A stretch of DNA of 64,000 nucleotides from an uncultured delta proteobacterium (lineage in GTDB: Bacteria; Desulfobacterota; Syntrophia; Syntrophales; UBA2185): contig CAVOID010000007.1 in assembly GCA_963695875.1 (NCBI GenBank), forward strand, positions 98,918-162,917, read 5' to 3'. Numbering within the stretch: the stretch's first letter is position 1; the number at the start of each line of letters is the position of its first letter. Of this stretch, positions 32,286-41,985 are shown in pieces. The notes beneath the pieces were generated by a model that did not search any database, was not told the DNA's origin, and saw only the letters and a program-made list of their open reading frames with translations. A program made the translations under genes and the position numbers.

Positions 32286-34043
32286 CTATTTACCATAATT
32301 TGGAATCGGTGCGTTGACGACAGGACGTTTGTTTTGCATTTTGGACCTGTGCTTCATGGCCTGCGCTTCTTCCAGTGCTTTGGCTGCCTCGTTTTTTTCA
32401 TAGACAAAACAGGGTTCGTAGGCCCATCCTTTAGCCAGTCTTTCTTCCTCTCTCTTCAGGGCAAAAAAGGCAAACCTGCCGAAAAGCGGCGCTATGAGCC
32501 TTGTTTTCCATCCAAGTGTAGCATAGATATCCTTCAGTAGTTTGTCCGCCTTTTCGGCGATAGGCTTATCGTTGCGATACCACTTCCTTGTGGCCCAAAC
32601 GGCGCCGGCATACGTTGAGTGTAAAGGAAAAACCTCCCAGGCAAAACGCTCCCTCACGCGCTGGGTATCATCCTTATACATCTGCCATCCGTTCAACAGC
32701 ACCCGTATCAAGCGAAGCAAACTGGGGCCGTTGAATTTGAAGTCACGCCAAAACGCCTCCAAAATATATTTTTCTTCCTGCCCGTCCTTAATATGCTGAT
32801 GACGGTAATTGAAGCGATATTGTCCGTGGGAATCTGCATCGGAGAATTCCGATTCCGGTAATAGCGTTCCTTCCTGCTTGTGCCTTTCATACAGGGGTGT
32901 TCCTGAAATGGGCGTATAAAGCATAAACTGGTGAAAAACAGTTTCATGCCCGACGGCATAATCGATGATGGCGTCCATATTTTCAGGTCTGTGGTCTTCG
33001 AGACCGATGATTGACGATCCCAGCACACGGATACCGTGAGACTGCAAGAGCCTCACCAGGGCTTGCGTATTAACGCCATTGAGCTTATTGTAGCTGCTGC
33101 TTTCCCCTTCCAGACCCATCCAGACCCAGCCAATGCCGAGTCCCACCAGTTGGTCAATCGTATAGGATTGCAGAACCCGTGCGGAGCTGAATACGAATAT
33201 TGCCCAACTCTTGTTGTTGGCCTCCATCAGTTCGAGGAGCCGCAAAGCTCTTTTCTTGTGGAGGAGAAAATTTTCGTCCAGAGTAAAAAAGGATCGGACT
33301 TTGAGCTTCTTTTCAATTTCGCACATGACTGCAAAAAGTTCATCCCCTGTTTCATAGAAATTAATGGAATGCCCTTTACCGCCGAATAGCGCCGATGTTG
33401 AGCAGAAGTTGCAACCAACTGGGCAACCGACGGAGGGGATCAGGATCGCCGCGGTGCGGCCGGGTTTGCTGCCAAGACTGACGCCCATGACCCTGGTTCC
33501 AAACCCTGATATGGCCATCGGGTGTTTGATGGGCGCCTTGTCATCCTGTCCGAGATATCGCTGAAACCACCGGACGCCTTCGCCACGGACAATAAGGTCC
33601 GCATCAATTATCCGATCAATCCCTTCTTTGTTGGTGACATGTCCGCCGATAACAATCGTAGCAGTGGGCTGATGCTGCCGAATCAGCTCACACATCTTCT
33701 TCACCTTACCGATATTGGGAATGATTGCGCTGATGCCGATGACATCGTAGGCACAATGACGAATTTCATCCGTAAAACGTTCAAGGGTAGGGAAATCAAG
33801 CACTGTACATGGGGCTTCGAGATTGGCATGAATCATCAGCAGGCCGAAGGTGCGATGAAACATACGCAGAGAAAACCCTCCCTGGACACGGGTTACTTGA
33901 TTCTGATATAGCTCCATAGGATTTATCTTACGGCTCCCGTAGTCGTCATCCTGGGCATAGGGACCGAAAACACTGGTAAGCAGAATACGGGCGTGGGTGC
34001 CGAGAGGGTGAACCGGGTGGGTTTGTTGAGAACGATTGAGCAT
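32286..34043 (-). CDS. Cobalamin-binding radical SAM protein
   Basis: B12-binding region (IVIGGH...IVRGEG) followed by GCPVGCNFC, DENF, MGLE. Confidence 0.88.
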   Translation of the reverse strand: MLNRSQQTHPVHPLGTHARILLTSVFGPYAQDDDYGSRKINPMELYQNQVTRVQGGFSLRMFHRTFGLLMIHANLEAPCTVLDFPTLERFTDEIRHCAYDVIGISAIIPNIGKVKKMCELIRQHQPTATIVIGGHVTNKEGIDRIIDADLIVRGEGVRWFQRYLGQDDKAPIKHPMAISGFGTRVMGVSLGSKPGRTAAILIPSVGCPVGCNFCSTSALFGGKGHSINFYETGDELFAVMCEIEKKLKVRSFFTLDENFLLHKKRALRLLELMEANNKSWAIFVFSSARVLQSYTIDQLVGLGIGWVWMGLEGESSSYNKLNGVNTQALVRLLQSHGIRVLGSSIIGLEDHRPENMDAIIDYAVGHETVFHQFMLYTPISGTPLYERHKQEGTLLPESEFSDADSHGQYRFNYRHQHIKDGQEEKYILEAFWRDFKFNGPSLLRLIRVLLNGWQMYKDDTQRVRERFAWEVFPLHSTYAGAVWATRKWYRNDKPIAEKADKLLKDIYATLGWKTRLIAPLFGRFAFFALKREEERLAKGWAYEPCFVYEKNEAAKALEEAQAMKHRSKMQNKRPVVNAPIPNYGK

Positions 34044-34102
34044 GTCTTTTACTCCTCTATAATGGGATAAAATATTTGAGACCTTTGAAAAATTGCTCTT
34101 CG

Positions 34103-34192
34103 TGTCATTGCGATGAGTGAAACGACGTGGCAATCTTATCTCTCGTCATTCGAATGTGATGACTCTCTGAGATCCTTACTGTCGAAATGTCA
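34103..34192. repeat. Degenerate copy of the gtcatt...aatct / agat...aatgac palindromic element
   Basis: tgtcattgcga...gtggcaatct...gagatcct...cgaaatgtca, same layout as 19032-19150. Confidence 0.45.
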
Positions 34193-34275
34193 AAGCGGAA
34201 GTTATTCAGAGTTCTCTAATCTAATGGAGGGCAGCTTAGGAAATATTCTTAGAGAAAGATAGTTATAAGTAGGTG

Positions 34276-34295
34276 TTTTACAATACTTTTACAAT
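34276..34295. promoter_or_regulatory. Direct repeat with 11-bp period, candidate OmpR/PhoB-family binding site
   Basis: TTTTACAAT-ac-TTTTACAAT in the divergent promoter upstream of an OmpR-type pair. Confidence 0.55.
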
Positions 34296-34363
34296 GCGGG
34301 AAATTTTGATATAAGGAAGGGCAATTGACGGGAATAAATGCATCATATAAGTTATAGGTAATT

Positions 34364-35335
34364 ATGAAACAGGCGAAATGGTTTTTCCATCCGATTTTTG
34401 TTTTCATCCTCTCAACAGTCGCCCTCGCGTGTTCCCTTTTTTTGTATATTTACTGGTACGTCGGGATAACCGCAGGACTCAAATCGCTCGTCTATCGTTA
34501 CCAACTTGATCCAAACCAATTTTTTGAGGCCAGCCCCTGGGTAGTCATCCTTGTCCTGTCATTGCTGGTCGGCGTCATCCTGGCGGGCATTCTCATCATC
34601 TTCATTTATAACCTGAAAACCCTCCAGCTCTATGGCCTGCAACAAACCTTCATTAGCAACTTTACCCATGAGCTTAAGACCCCGGTAACCTCCCTAAAGC
34701 TTTATCTTGAGACCTTTACCAAGCACGAAATTCCTCGTGACGAGCAACTCAAATATATAAGTTTTATGCTCCAGGATGTAGAACGTCTTTCAAACAATAT
34801 CAACAGTATCCTGAATCTCGCCCGCATTGAGAGCAAGGTTTATGAAGGGGAATTCACGAGCGTCGACCTTGTAGACTTGGTGCAGGGATTTATTGCAAGC
34901 AACCGCCACATTTTCCGGGAGTGTGATATCCATGTGGAGAACCCTTCAGGGAAGAAATTCTATCAGCCTGTTGTCGTATCACTGGTTGAGATGCTCCTGA
35001 TGAACATTTTGACCAATGCCAAGAAATACAACAATTCAAGCAGACCTATTATCCACATCACATTTGAGGAAAGTGAGAATATCCTGCTGATCCGCTTCCG
35101 GGACAACGGGATCGGTATCGAAAAGAAGGAAAGAAAGAAAATATTCAAGAAATTCTATCAGGGCCGAAACCACGATGAGCATGCTGTAGTCGGAGGAAGC
35201 GGCATCGGACTCTATCTTGCTCAGCAGATAGCAAAACTCCATCACGGAAAGCTCAGTGTGGACAGTGAAGGGGCATGGAAAGGATCTGTCTTCACTTTGA
35301 CATTGCCCCTTCAAACCAAAAAGGAACAGCCATGA
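34364..35335 (+). CDS. Two-TM sensor histidine kinase
   Basis: THELKTP, NILTNAKKY, DNGIGI, GSGIGLY. Confidence 0.92.
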   Translation: MKQAKWFFHPIFVFILSTVALACSLFLYIYWYVGITAGLKSLVYRYQLDPNQFFEASPWVVILVLSLLVGVILAGILIIFIYNLKTLQLYGLQQTFISNFTHELKTPVTSLKLYLETFTKHEIPRDEQLKYISFMLQDVERLSNNINSILNLARIESKVYEGEFTSVDLVDLVQGFIASNRHIFRECDIHVENPSGKKFYQPVVVSLVEMLLMNILTNAKKYNNSSRPIIHITFEESENILLIRFRDNGIGIEKKERKKIFKKFYQGRNHDEHAVVGGSGIGLYLAQQIAKLHHGKLSVDSEGAWKGSVFTLTLPLQTKKEQP

Positions 35336-36063
35336 AAGATTTTCTACAGAAGCGCATTCTCATCATCGAGGATGATGAGCATATAGCCCAGGGGCTGCAA
35401 CTGAATCTCTCCCTACAAGGGTACGAGGTATCAATCGCCGGCAACGGAACGTCGGGGCTCCGTATGTGGAAAGAGTGGAATCCCCACCTCATCGTCCTTG
35501 ATATTATGCTGCCCGGTTTGGACGGTCTGTCGGTTTTGCGCCATATACGCCTGGAGGATGAAAAGCTCCCCATCCTTATCCTTTCGGCCAAAGGGGGGCC
35601 TGATGACAGGATCAAGGGATTCTCATACGGAGTCGATGACTACCTCGCCAAACCTTTTAACCTGGAGGAGTTTCTCATGCGTATCGAGCGTCTCATGAAG
35701 AGGTCATCCTGGAGCCGTAATGGTAAGGTCAGTGAGGGACTGGAAGGAGAAGAGAAAAAGGATGCATATGTATTTGGGGCAAACACGATTGACTTCGGAA
35801 CGATGACCGCGCAGGGTGCACATGGGACGATTCATCTGACAGACCAGGAAGCGAGGTTGCTCAAGATATTTATTGCCAACCGGGGGAAACCCTTGTCACG
35901 CAAGGTCCTGCTGGAAGTGGGCTGGGGGTATTCCGGTGAGACGACGACACGCACGGTCGATAACTTCATTGTGCGTCTGAGGAGATACTTTGAGGACGAC
36001 CCGGAAAAGCCGGTCTATTTCAAGAGTATCCGCTCCATCGGGTATGTCTTCGATCACCCATAA
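35332..36063 (+). CDS. OmpR-family response regulator
   Basis: IIEDD, LDIMLPG, KPF, winged helix TRTVDNFIVRLRRYFE...SIRSIGY. Confidence 0.92.
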   Translation: MKDFLQKRILIIEDDEHIAQGLQLNLSLQGYEVSIAGNGTSGLRMWKEWNPHLIVLDIMLPGLDGLSVLRHIRLEDEKLPILILSAKGGPDDRIKGFSYGVDDYLAKPFNLEEFLMRIERLMKRSSWSRNGKVSEGLEGEEKKDAYVFGANTIDFGTMTAQGAHGTIHLTDQEARLLKIFIANRGKPLSRKVLLEVGWGYSGETTTRTVDNFIVRLRRYFEDDPEKPVYFKSIRSIGYVFDHP

Positions 36064-36098
36064 CCAGACTAATCCGAACCGGAGAATTCAGCGACATT

Positions 36099-38603
36099 TT
36101 AACATCCGTTACTTCTTTCCAGCCCGAACTCCATTATCAGGGCGCCCATGGTGGCGAAGAGACCGAATAAGAATACTCTCCATAAACAAGCGATGCCGAG
36201 TTTGAAAACACTCGCGTAATCGTGAAATCCCATCGACGTCGCCAAAATCATATAGAAAAGACCTGTACAAATGCCGAAGACCGCCGCTGTCACAATCCGT
36301 TTTATCATCGGAGCGCCCCCGCATCCGGAGTTAACCATAACACCTCCGAAGAACGGCAGAGCAGCCATAAGCCACCAGATATGTCTCAGATCCGGAATGA
36401 TCCCCGCATATTTGAGATACAGCATATCCGCCACAATCAATACTCCGGCCGCGCCAAGCGCGAGAACCGCCGTATGCCAGTAACGCGGCTTCATCTGCGC
36501 TCTTTTCTTCGCCCGCAGTTCCATGTGCCGGCGAATGGTCAAGGGCCAGTTGTAAAAGAGACAGAAGACACCATGTTCAAGCAAGGCGCCGCTCTCGCCG
36601 AACACCGGTACGGCATGCACAGATTCCGTGGCCCAGTGTCCGGCCATAAACCGCGCCAGCGTTGGGTATCGGTAAGTCATTTGTATGGGGAAGGCAAGAT
36701 ACCCGACGTACTTGAAGAAGGCCAAAAATAAGGCGACGCTGTAATCCTTAAAATTTCTTTCTCTTATCACCAGAAAAAGTACGTACAACCCGCGGGCGAG
36801 TGATCCGGGCGATACCGGTATGACCTGAAACAGGGCGAGAATCCCCAGTCCTATTGCCCAGGCCTGTGCGCGGGGCATGTCCGGGTGCGTCCATATGAAA
36901 TAGACTGCGAGTGCTGTAGCAACCACGTGCGTTGTCGGCATCAGGCAGATATGAACAGCCAGACTCTTGAGGTACTTCTGGATAAACGGCTCTTTGATAG
37001 TCTTGATTATTTCATCCGCATCACTTGTGGTTATGATGCGCTTTTTCTTCCCCTGCTCTACCATGTCGGCCAGCCATTCCTCCCGCATCTGAGCATTAAA
37101 ATAAAGCTGAACGGGCCGCACGAATATAAAAGCCAATGCTGCCTTTGCATATTCCCAGCTTGTCAGGAATTTATAGAGCCCGACCGGGAGGATCGACAAA
37201 GGAAGACGCAGAAGGAAACGCCCAAGAGAATGAGCGAGAACTGGCGCTTCCTCATCAGTTATTCTACCGCCGCGATGCCATGACATCACCCGCTCCAGCC
37301 ATTTGCCTTTAAGCGCTTTGATAAAATATTCCGTAGAGCTGAAACAATTTTTATAATGCTCTCGCCATTGGGCGTGACCACAGGCTTTTCGCAAAATAAC
37401 GCCCAAAAACGGTATCAGGCCAAGGAGGAAGAAAGGCAGGGCAGAGGACTTGTTTTTCTGGAGCCGCTCCTGTGTCGGAGTGTCTATGGTATTCTTGATT
37501 TTCCACCCGGTAATCGCGCTGGAAAAAATGGTGGACCAGAGCTTTCCACTGTAAAGCAGTTTGATGTGATTGTGGGTGATATCGGGAAGCGAATTACGAT
37601 AGATTTCTTCCGCAGCTTTCAGCTCCTCCAGCATGCCCATCATGTCTGTAAATTCATCTTTATGGGCGAGCACAAATGCTTCGAGTGTTTTAAGGTCACC
37701 ACGGTCGAACTGCACGAGAGAGCCTCGGCAAATGCCTTTGAAGATCAGCGAAAAATCACCGGGGCTCATCGGGCCAAAAGGAAGCAATGCCAGACCCGCG
37801 CGAAAATCCATGGCGACCAGGCCCGTATAAGGATCATCGTCGGTTGCATCCAACTTCAGACAGTTTGGTTGGCTCTTGCAGGTGGACCATTCATACTGGC
37901 GCGCGAATTCGTACGCCCCCATATCGTGGAGCAATTTCACAAAATCCGCCATGAATTGTTTTTTTGTTCTGTATTCCGGAGAGCCGAGCGCTTCGGGGGG
38001 AATCTTTTTTCCTTTCTTCCAACTGCTTAAGAGCTCCATGCGGTCGTCAACCTCAAGCTGCCAGGTACGGCCTTCTACCCAGGACGTGATTTCACCACAG
38101 CTTCCTAATGTGGTATCGACAAAGATCGCGTACATATCTTTGACACATGCTTCATTTCCGAACCTGATCTTTGCGCCGCGGCGGATGAATTTCTGCCATA
38201 ACGCTCCGGCCTTTGCTGCTGCGGGATTTGACTGCAACTGAAAAGGCCCTTGAAAACCGATCCAGTAGAGCATGTTTCTGAAGAAGAGCGCCCCTGACGA
38301 CGGCGGAATAAGTATCTTCATTGCATAAGATTCAGCCACCTGCAAACCAGGCAGCGTATCCGGTTCGATGCTTAGGACTTTAACTTTGTAAACCTGTCCT
38401 GCAAAGCCGCCGCCGATAAATTTTTCTATCTGCACGCGAATGCGAGACGTCTTGTCGAACACACCAGGCGCAACCGCGCTCGCATCATATTCCACGATAT
38501 CTCCGGCACAATAGCTCTTTACGGGTAACGGCCTATGCAAGCCAAGCTGCCTGTATTCATTTTCCAGAGTCTTACACATCTCTATCGAATAATCTTTTTT
38601 CAT
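36099..38603 (-). CDS. 834-aa membrane protein with N-terminal kinase-like domain
   Basis: Intact long ORF; IGGGFAGQVYK, YAMK, SWVEG, KSQPNCL, MDFRAG; several C-terminal TM segments. Confidence 0.65.
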   Translation of the reverse strand: MKKDYSIEMCKTLENEYRQLGLHRPLPVKSYCAGDIVEYDASAVAPGVFDKTSRIRVQIEKFIGGGFAGQVYKVKVLSIEPDTLPGLQVAESYAMKILIPPSSGALFFRNMLYWIGFQGPFQLQSNPAAAKAGALWQKFIRRGAKIRFGNEACVKDMYAIFVDTTLGSCGEITSWVEGRTWQLEVDDRMELLSSWKKGKKIPPEALGSPEYRTKKQFMADFVKLLHDMGAYEFARQYEWSTCKSQPNCLKLDATDDDPYTGLVAMDFRAGLALLPFGPMSPGDFSLIFKGICRGSLVQFDRGDLKTLEAFVLAHKDEFTDMMGMLEELKAAEEIYRNSLPDITHNHIKLLYSGKLWSTIFSSAITGWKIKNTIDTPTQERLQKNKSSALPFFLLGLIPFLGVILRKACGHAQWREHYKNCFSSTEYFIKALKGKWLERVMSWHRGGRITDEEAPVLAHSLGRFLLRLPLSILPVGLYKFLTSWEYAKAALAFIFVRPVQLYFNAQMREEWLADMVEQGKKKRIITTSDADEIIKTIKEPFIQKYLKSLAVHICLMPTTHVVATALAVYFIWTHPDMPRAQAWAIGLGILALFQVIPVSPGSLARGLYVLFLVIRERNFKDYSVALFLAFFKYVGYLAFPIQMTYRYPTLARFMAGHWATESVHAVPVFGESGALLEHGVFCLFYNWPLTIRRHMELRAKKRAQMKPRYWHTAVLALGAAGVLIVADMLYLKYAGIIPDLRHIWWLMAALPFFGGVMVNSGCGGAPMIKRIVTAAVFGICTGLFYMILATSMGFHDYASVFKLGIACLWRVFLFGLFATMGALIMEFGLERSNGC

Positions 38604-38648
38604 AATGGCCTATGTAATATTAAAGCCGCAACAGAACGTATTAAGAAA

Positions 38649-38837
38649 TGTCATACCGGACTTGATCCGGTATCCAGTTCTTTATAAATTCCCGCTTGAT
38701 GTCTTATTTCCGGAGCAATAAAGGATGTTCATTTCTGCGGGAGCAAACGAAATAGCTTTTCTCACAGATGCTCCTTCAGGTCAAGACTGCATATTCCTCT
38801 ATCTTGTCATACCGGACTCCGATCCGGTATCTAGTTC
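38649..38837 (+). repeat. Two direct copies of a REP-like palindrome
   Basis: tgtcataccggacttgatccggtatccagttc (38649-38680) and tgtcataccggactccgatccggtatctagttc (38805-38837). Confidence 0.75.
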
Positions 38838-39105
38838 CTTTAATCCTTTCAAAGGCTTTCACAAAAAATGACTTTACGCATTTCTTCTTTAGTTATATTT
38901 TCGCTTAAATTTCAAATGCATATTGAGGACAATATTGTAACCTCCCTTTAACTCATCAACCCAGAGGCACATGATCTAACTACTCGCAACCCCGTTTCTC
39001 CAAAGAAGAATGGGGTTCGTGTTTGTAAGGGAAAAATGATGGTAGTAACATTACCTATTGTACCTTTCTCTCCCCTGTTCTCTCTTTCCAAAAAGAATTC
39101 AGATA

Positions 39106-39134
39106 TTGACCGGAATTTTAATTTCGAGTAGAGT
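39106..39134 (+). promoter_or_regulatory. Sigma70 promoter giving a probably leaderless methyltransferase transcript
   Basis: TTGACC-17 nt-TAGAGT, then 6 nt to the ATG at 39141; no SD. Confidence 0.6.
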
Positions 39135-39140
39135 TGCCCC

Positions 39141-39404
39141 ATGTTTCGGAAGGTAAATATTTCAAAGAAATTTTCCCTGAATGAGCAAATTGTTGTTTAC
39201 TCGGGAGAATGCCTGGATTTGATGAAAGCCATTCCAGACGGCACCCTTCAACTCGTCGTAACGTCTCCTCCTTACAATATTGGCAAAGAGTACGAGAAAA
39301 AACTCAATCTCCATAATTACCTGGTCCAACAGGCAGCAGTGATAAAAGGGTGCGTGAGGGCCCTTTCAGATAGGGGCTGCATTTGTTGGCAAGTTAGTAA
39401 CTAA
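39141..39404 (+). pseudogene. Truncated N4-C/N6-A DNA methyltransferase (beta class, N-terminal 87 aa only)
   Basis: GECLDLM..IPD..LQLVVTSPPYNIGKEYE...ICWQV then stop; no SAM-binding FxGxG part follows. Confidence 0.8.
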
Positions 39405-39428
39405 TTTTTATTTTCGATCTGATGCTTT

Positions 39429-40340
39429 ATGCCAAATCCATTTAAGACATCATTCTTAGAACAATTGGCAAAACAGTATGGCAAACCAAAAAAATTATCA
39501 GGCAGTTTGTCTTTATTTGAGATTGGCGATGGTTTAGCACGTATTTATATAAGATATTCGAAGATACATAAAAGAAATCAAGCCTTTTACGGTTTGAGAC
39601 ATGACGATTTAAAGCAATTAGAAGGTTTCAATTCTCTTATTTGTTTTTTATGGAATAATCAAACAGAACCTGTTTTCATCCCATTTTCTGATTTTGAAGA
39701 CATATTTAATGCCTTAACACCTGCCTCAGATGGTCAATATAAAGTACAAATTTATCAGGACGAAGGCACTGATTTATATATTGCAAATGCTGGTCGTTTC
39801 AACATAGAAGGTTTTTTCGGCTGGCATAACTTAGACAATTTGATTGATAAAAACAAACTTACAGCTCTTCCTGACTTCGGTCATTCTCAAATACAGACTT
39901 TTATTGGTTCAATAGGGGTAATAAAAGGATATGATATTTGGATGCCTCAAAATGATAGAAACAAACTGGATTGGAATTTAACAGAAAGATATGTTTGTAG
40001 AAACGATCTTCCATTAAGATACAATAAGATTGATGACATTGTTAGGGAAGTAGATGTAGTATGGATGAAGAGAGGCTCTAGTGAATTGAAAGCCTTTTTT
40101 GAGGTGGAGCATTCTACACCTATTTACTCAGGTCTATTAAGGTTTAATGATTTACACTTAATTGAACCTAATCTAAATACAAAATTCAGTATTGTATCTA
40201 ACGATATAAGGCGTTCCCTTTTCCTCAGACAGATTAATCGACCTACTTTTAAGATGAGTGGACTAAGCGATGTTTGCAATTTTCTGGAATACAAAGATGT
40301 TTATAGTTGGTTTAACCGGACAAGAGGAATAGCCAAATGA
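39429..40340 (+). CDS. Putative restriction endonuclease, PD-(D/E)XK-like
   Basis: HSQIQ..IG.IG...GYDIW, VDVVW, FEVEHSTPIYSGLLRFNDL, QINRPTF; AT-rich; next to the MTase remnant. Confidence 0.6.
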   Translation: MPNPFKTSFLEQLAKQYGKPKKLSGSLSLFEIGDGLARIYIRYSKIHKRNQAFYGLRHDDLKQLEGFNSLICFLWNNQTEPVFIPFSDFEDIFNALTPASDGQYKVQIYQDEGTDLYIANAGRFNIEGFFGWHNLDNLIDKNKLTALPDFGHSQIQTFIGSIGVIKGYDIWMPQNDRNKLDWNLTERYVCRNDLPLRYNKIDDIVREVDVVWMKRGSSELKAFFEVEHSTPIYSGLLRFNDLHLIEPNLNTKFSIVSNDIRRSLFLRQINRPTFKMSGLSDVCNFLEYKDVYSWFNRTRGIAK

Positions 40341-40528
40341 CAAGAATATGGATTCTGAGTTTAGTAAAAAGAGGATTCCTTCAAGAACCAGAAATTTTTT
40401 ACGATGAGCAGACAGCTTGTAATCGGAAGAATGTATTAATGGATGATTTGAATCCAGATTACGATGAACTCGGTATCTTTGAGAAAACAATTTCTTTTTC
40501 GGGTATTTCAAATTTTAAACATTTATAA
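40337..40528 (+). CDS. Small hypothetical protein
   Basis: 63-aa ORF overlapping the upstream stop (ATGA) with GAGGA SD. Confidence 0.5.
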   Translation: MTRIWILSLVKRGFLQEPEIFYDEQTACNRKNVLMDDLNPDYDELGIFEKTISFSGISNFKHL

Positions 40529-40587
40529 GGGTCTGCAACCTAATGTGTGGCCGCTGTACCTGATTTTCCCACAACTAGAACTCTGAT

Positions 40588-40803
40588 GTGGACAAGACTA
40601 TGCTTACAGTTACCAGAAAAAAGAACAGCCAGATATTTTTTCCCAGTGCAAGCGCAATGTGGAAGTTTATTGGCGCGGCGATTGAAAACAGTATGGCCGT
40701 GGAAATATACAAACAACTACAAAAAGGGAAACTGGATAACGCCGCAAATCTGACCAATGACGAGCAACTGACTGCAGTCTGCGCATGGATATTAAATCTG
40801 TAG
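40588..40803 (+). pseudogene. Probable C-terminal gene remnant of unknown family
   Basis: Protein-like 71-aa stretch without a convincing start/SD, inside the AT-rich islet. Confidence 0.3.
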
Positions 40804-40891
40804 AAGGAAGTAAAGCACCCTGCCATAACAAGGTACTCAACTGTAAATCTGGTGGATCCCGTAGCAATAAGAATACAAGAACATAACATAG

Positions 40892-40938
40892 TTGCATTGT
40901 GCTATTAAATGATATATAATGATACAGAATGTAGCACA
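40892..40938 (+). promoter_or_regulatory. Sigma70 promoter and operator of the TA operon
   Basis: TTGCAT-17 nt-TATAAT (40892-40920); inverted repeat TGTGCTA (40898-40904) / TAGCACA (40932-40938). Confidence 0.7.
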
Positions 40939-40958
40939 TTAAGATGGAGGAGCACGAT

Positions 40959-41177
40959 ATGGCAACAGGGGTAAGGATATCGGAAAAACTTGTAAGTGAG
41001 GCAAGAAAATTCAGCCGCATAGACCATAGGTCCCTGGCTGGTCAAATTGAACATTGGGCTCGCATGGGCAAATGTGCAGAGGAAAATCCGGATTTGACCT
41101 ATTCACTCATTAAGGAAATTCTGATCGGACTGGAGGAATTGGAGCAGGGCGAGAAAACAGAATATAAATTTGGATAA
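40959..41177 (+). CDS. ParD-like type II antitoxin
   Basis: VRISEKLV..AR......RSLAGQIEHWARMG...EENPDL; GGAGGAG SD. Confidence 0.85.
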   Translation: MATGVRISEKLVSEARKFSRIDHRSLAGQIEHWARMGKCAEENPDLTYSLIKEILIGLEELEQGEKTEYKFG

Positions 41178-41181
41178 TCCC

Positions 41182-41463
41182 GTGAGAATATACCAATCAA
41201 GATCCTTTGAGCAAAAAGTAAAGAAGATACCTAAACAGGAAAAACAAATATTGGATAAGGAGATACGAAGAATTGCAGATGATCCTTTGATTGGAGAGGA
41301 GAAGAAAGGAGACCTCAGGGGGGTATTTGTCCATAAGTTCAAACTTAAGACTACCCAATACCTTCTTGCTTATCGAAAGGTTGGAAAGGACTTGGAACTG
41401 ATTATGATAGGTCCTCACGAAAACTACTATCGAGATTTGAAACAGTATCTGAAGAACCGATAA
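41182..41463 (+). CDS. RelE/ParE-family toxin
   Basis: P.IGEEKKGDLRGVFVHKF...LLAY...IGPHENYYRDLK; directly after the antitoxin. Confidence 0.88.
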   Translation: MRIYQSRSFEQKVKKIPKQEKQILDKEIRRIADDPLIGEEKKGDLRGVFVHKFKLKTTQYLLAYRKVGKDLELIMIGPHENYYRDLKQYLKNR

Positions 41464-41549
41464 AATGAGGCAGCAAAGGACTGCCCCAGAGGACTTTTCC
41501 ACAGCAATCCAAAGCCTGCGGTAAGCTCTGACGCCAGTTGTGAAGGAAA

Positions 41550-41963
41550 GTGATCAAGTTCAGTGACATTCAAGATGCATTCTTCTTTGTAAGTTCAGCC
41601 GGATACGGCATGCACACGGCAATTCTCCGTAAAGACACAGGCCAAATCAGCTATCATTCAGAGATGGGTGATCTTGAGGAAATTGATGACGATGATCTCG
41701 ATTGGGATATGTGCATAGAGATTCCCCACAAGAATGATCTCGATATGGGTCAAAGTCTCATCTTTAAGTTTGTCGAAATGCAGTTGCCCGATGACTATCA
41801 TCGTGTGCAGCAGATTTTTCGAAAACGTGGGGCGTATCGACGGTTCAAGGATTTTCTGGAAACAAAGGGACTACTGCAGATGTGGTACGACTTCGAGAGC
41901 AAACGCGAGGAACAGGCTCTGAGGCAATGGTGCTTGGAGAATAAGATAGAATTATCAGATTAA
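41550..41963 (+). CDS. UPF0158-family protein
   Basis: KDTGQI, IFRKRGAYRRFKD.L...W..F......LRQWCLEN.I. Confidence 0.8.
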   Translation: MIKFSDIQDAFFFVSSAGYGMHTAILRKDTGQISYHSEMGDLEEIDDDDLDWDMCIEIPHKNDLDMGQSLIFKFVEMQLPDDYHRVQQIFRKRGAYRRFKDFLETKGLLQMWYDFESKREEQALRQWCLENKIELSD

Positions 41964-41985
41964 AAACCTGTTTGATTGGCCGCCG

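Noticed and set aside
36222-38241. Overlapping alternate-frame and antisense ORFs here and across the window
   Set aside because: They overlap well-supported genes and show no recognisable motifs.
40520-41550. Integron attC sites between islet genes
   Set aside because: No clear RYYYAAC...GTTRRRY pairs with complementary L boxes, and no intI.
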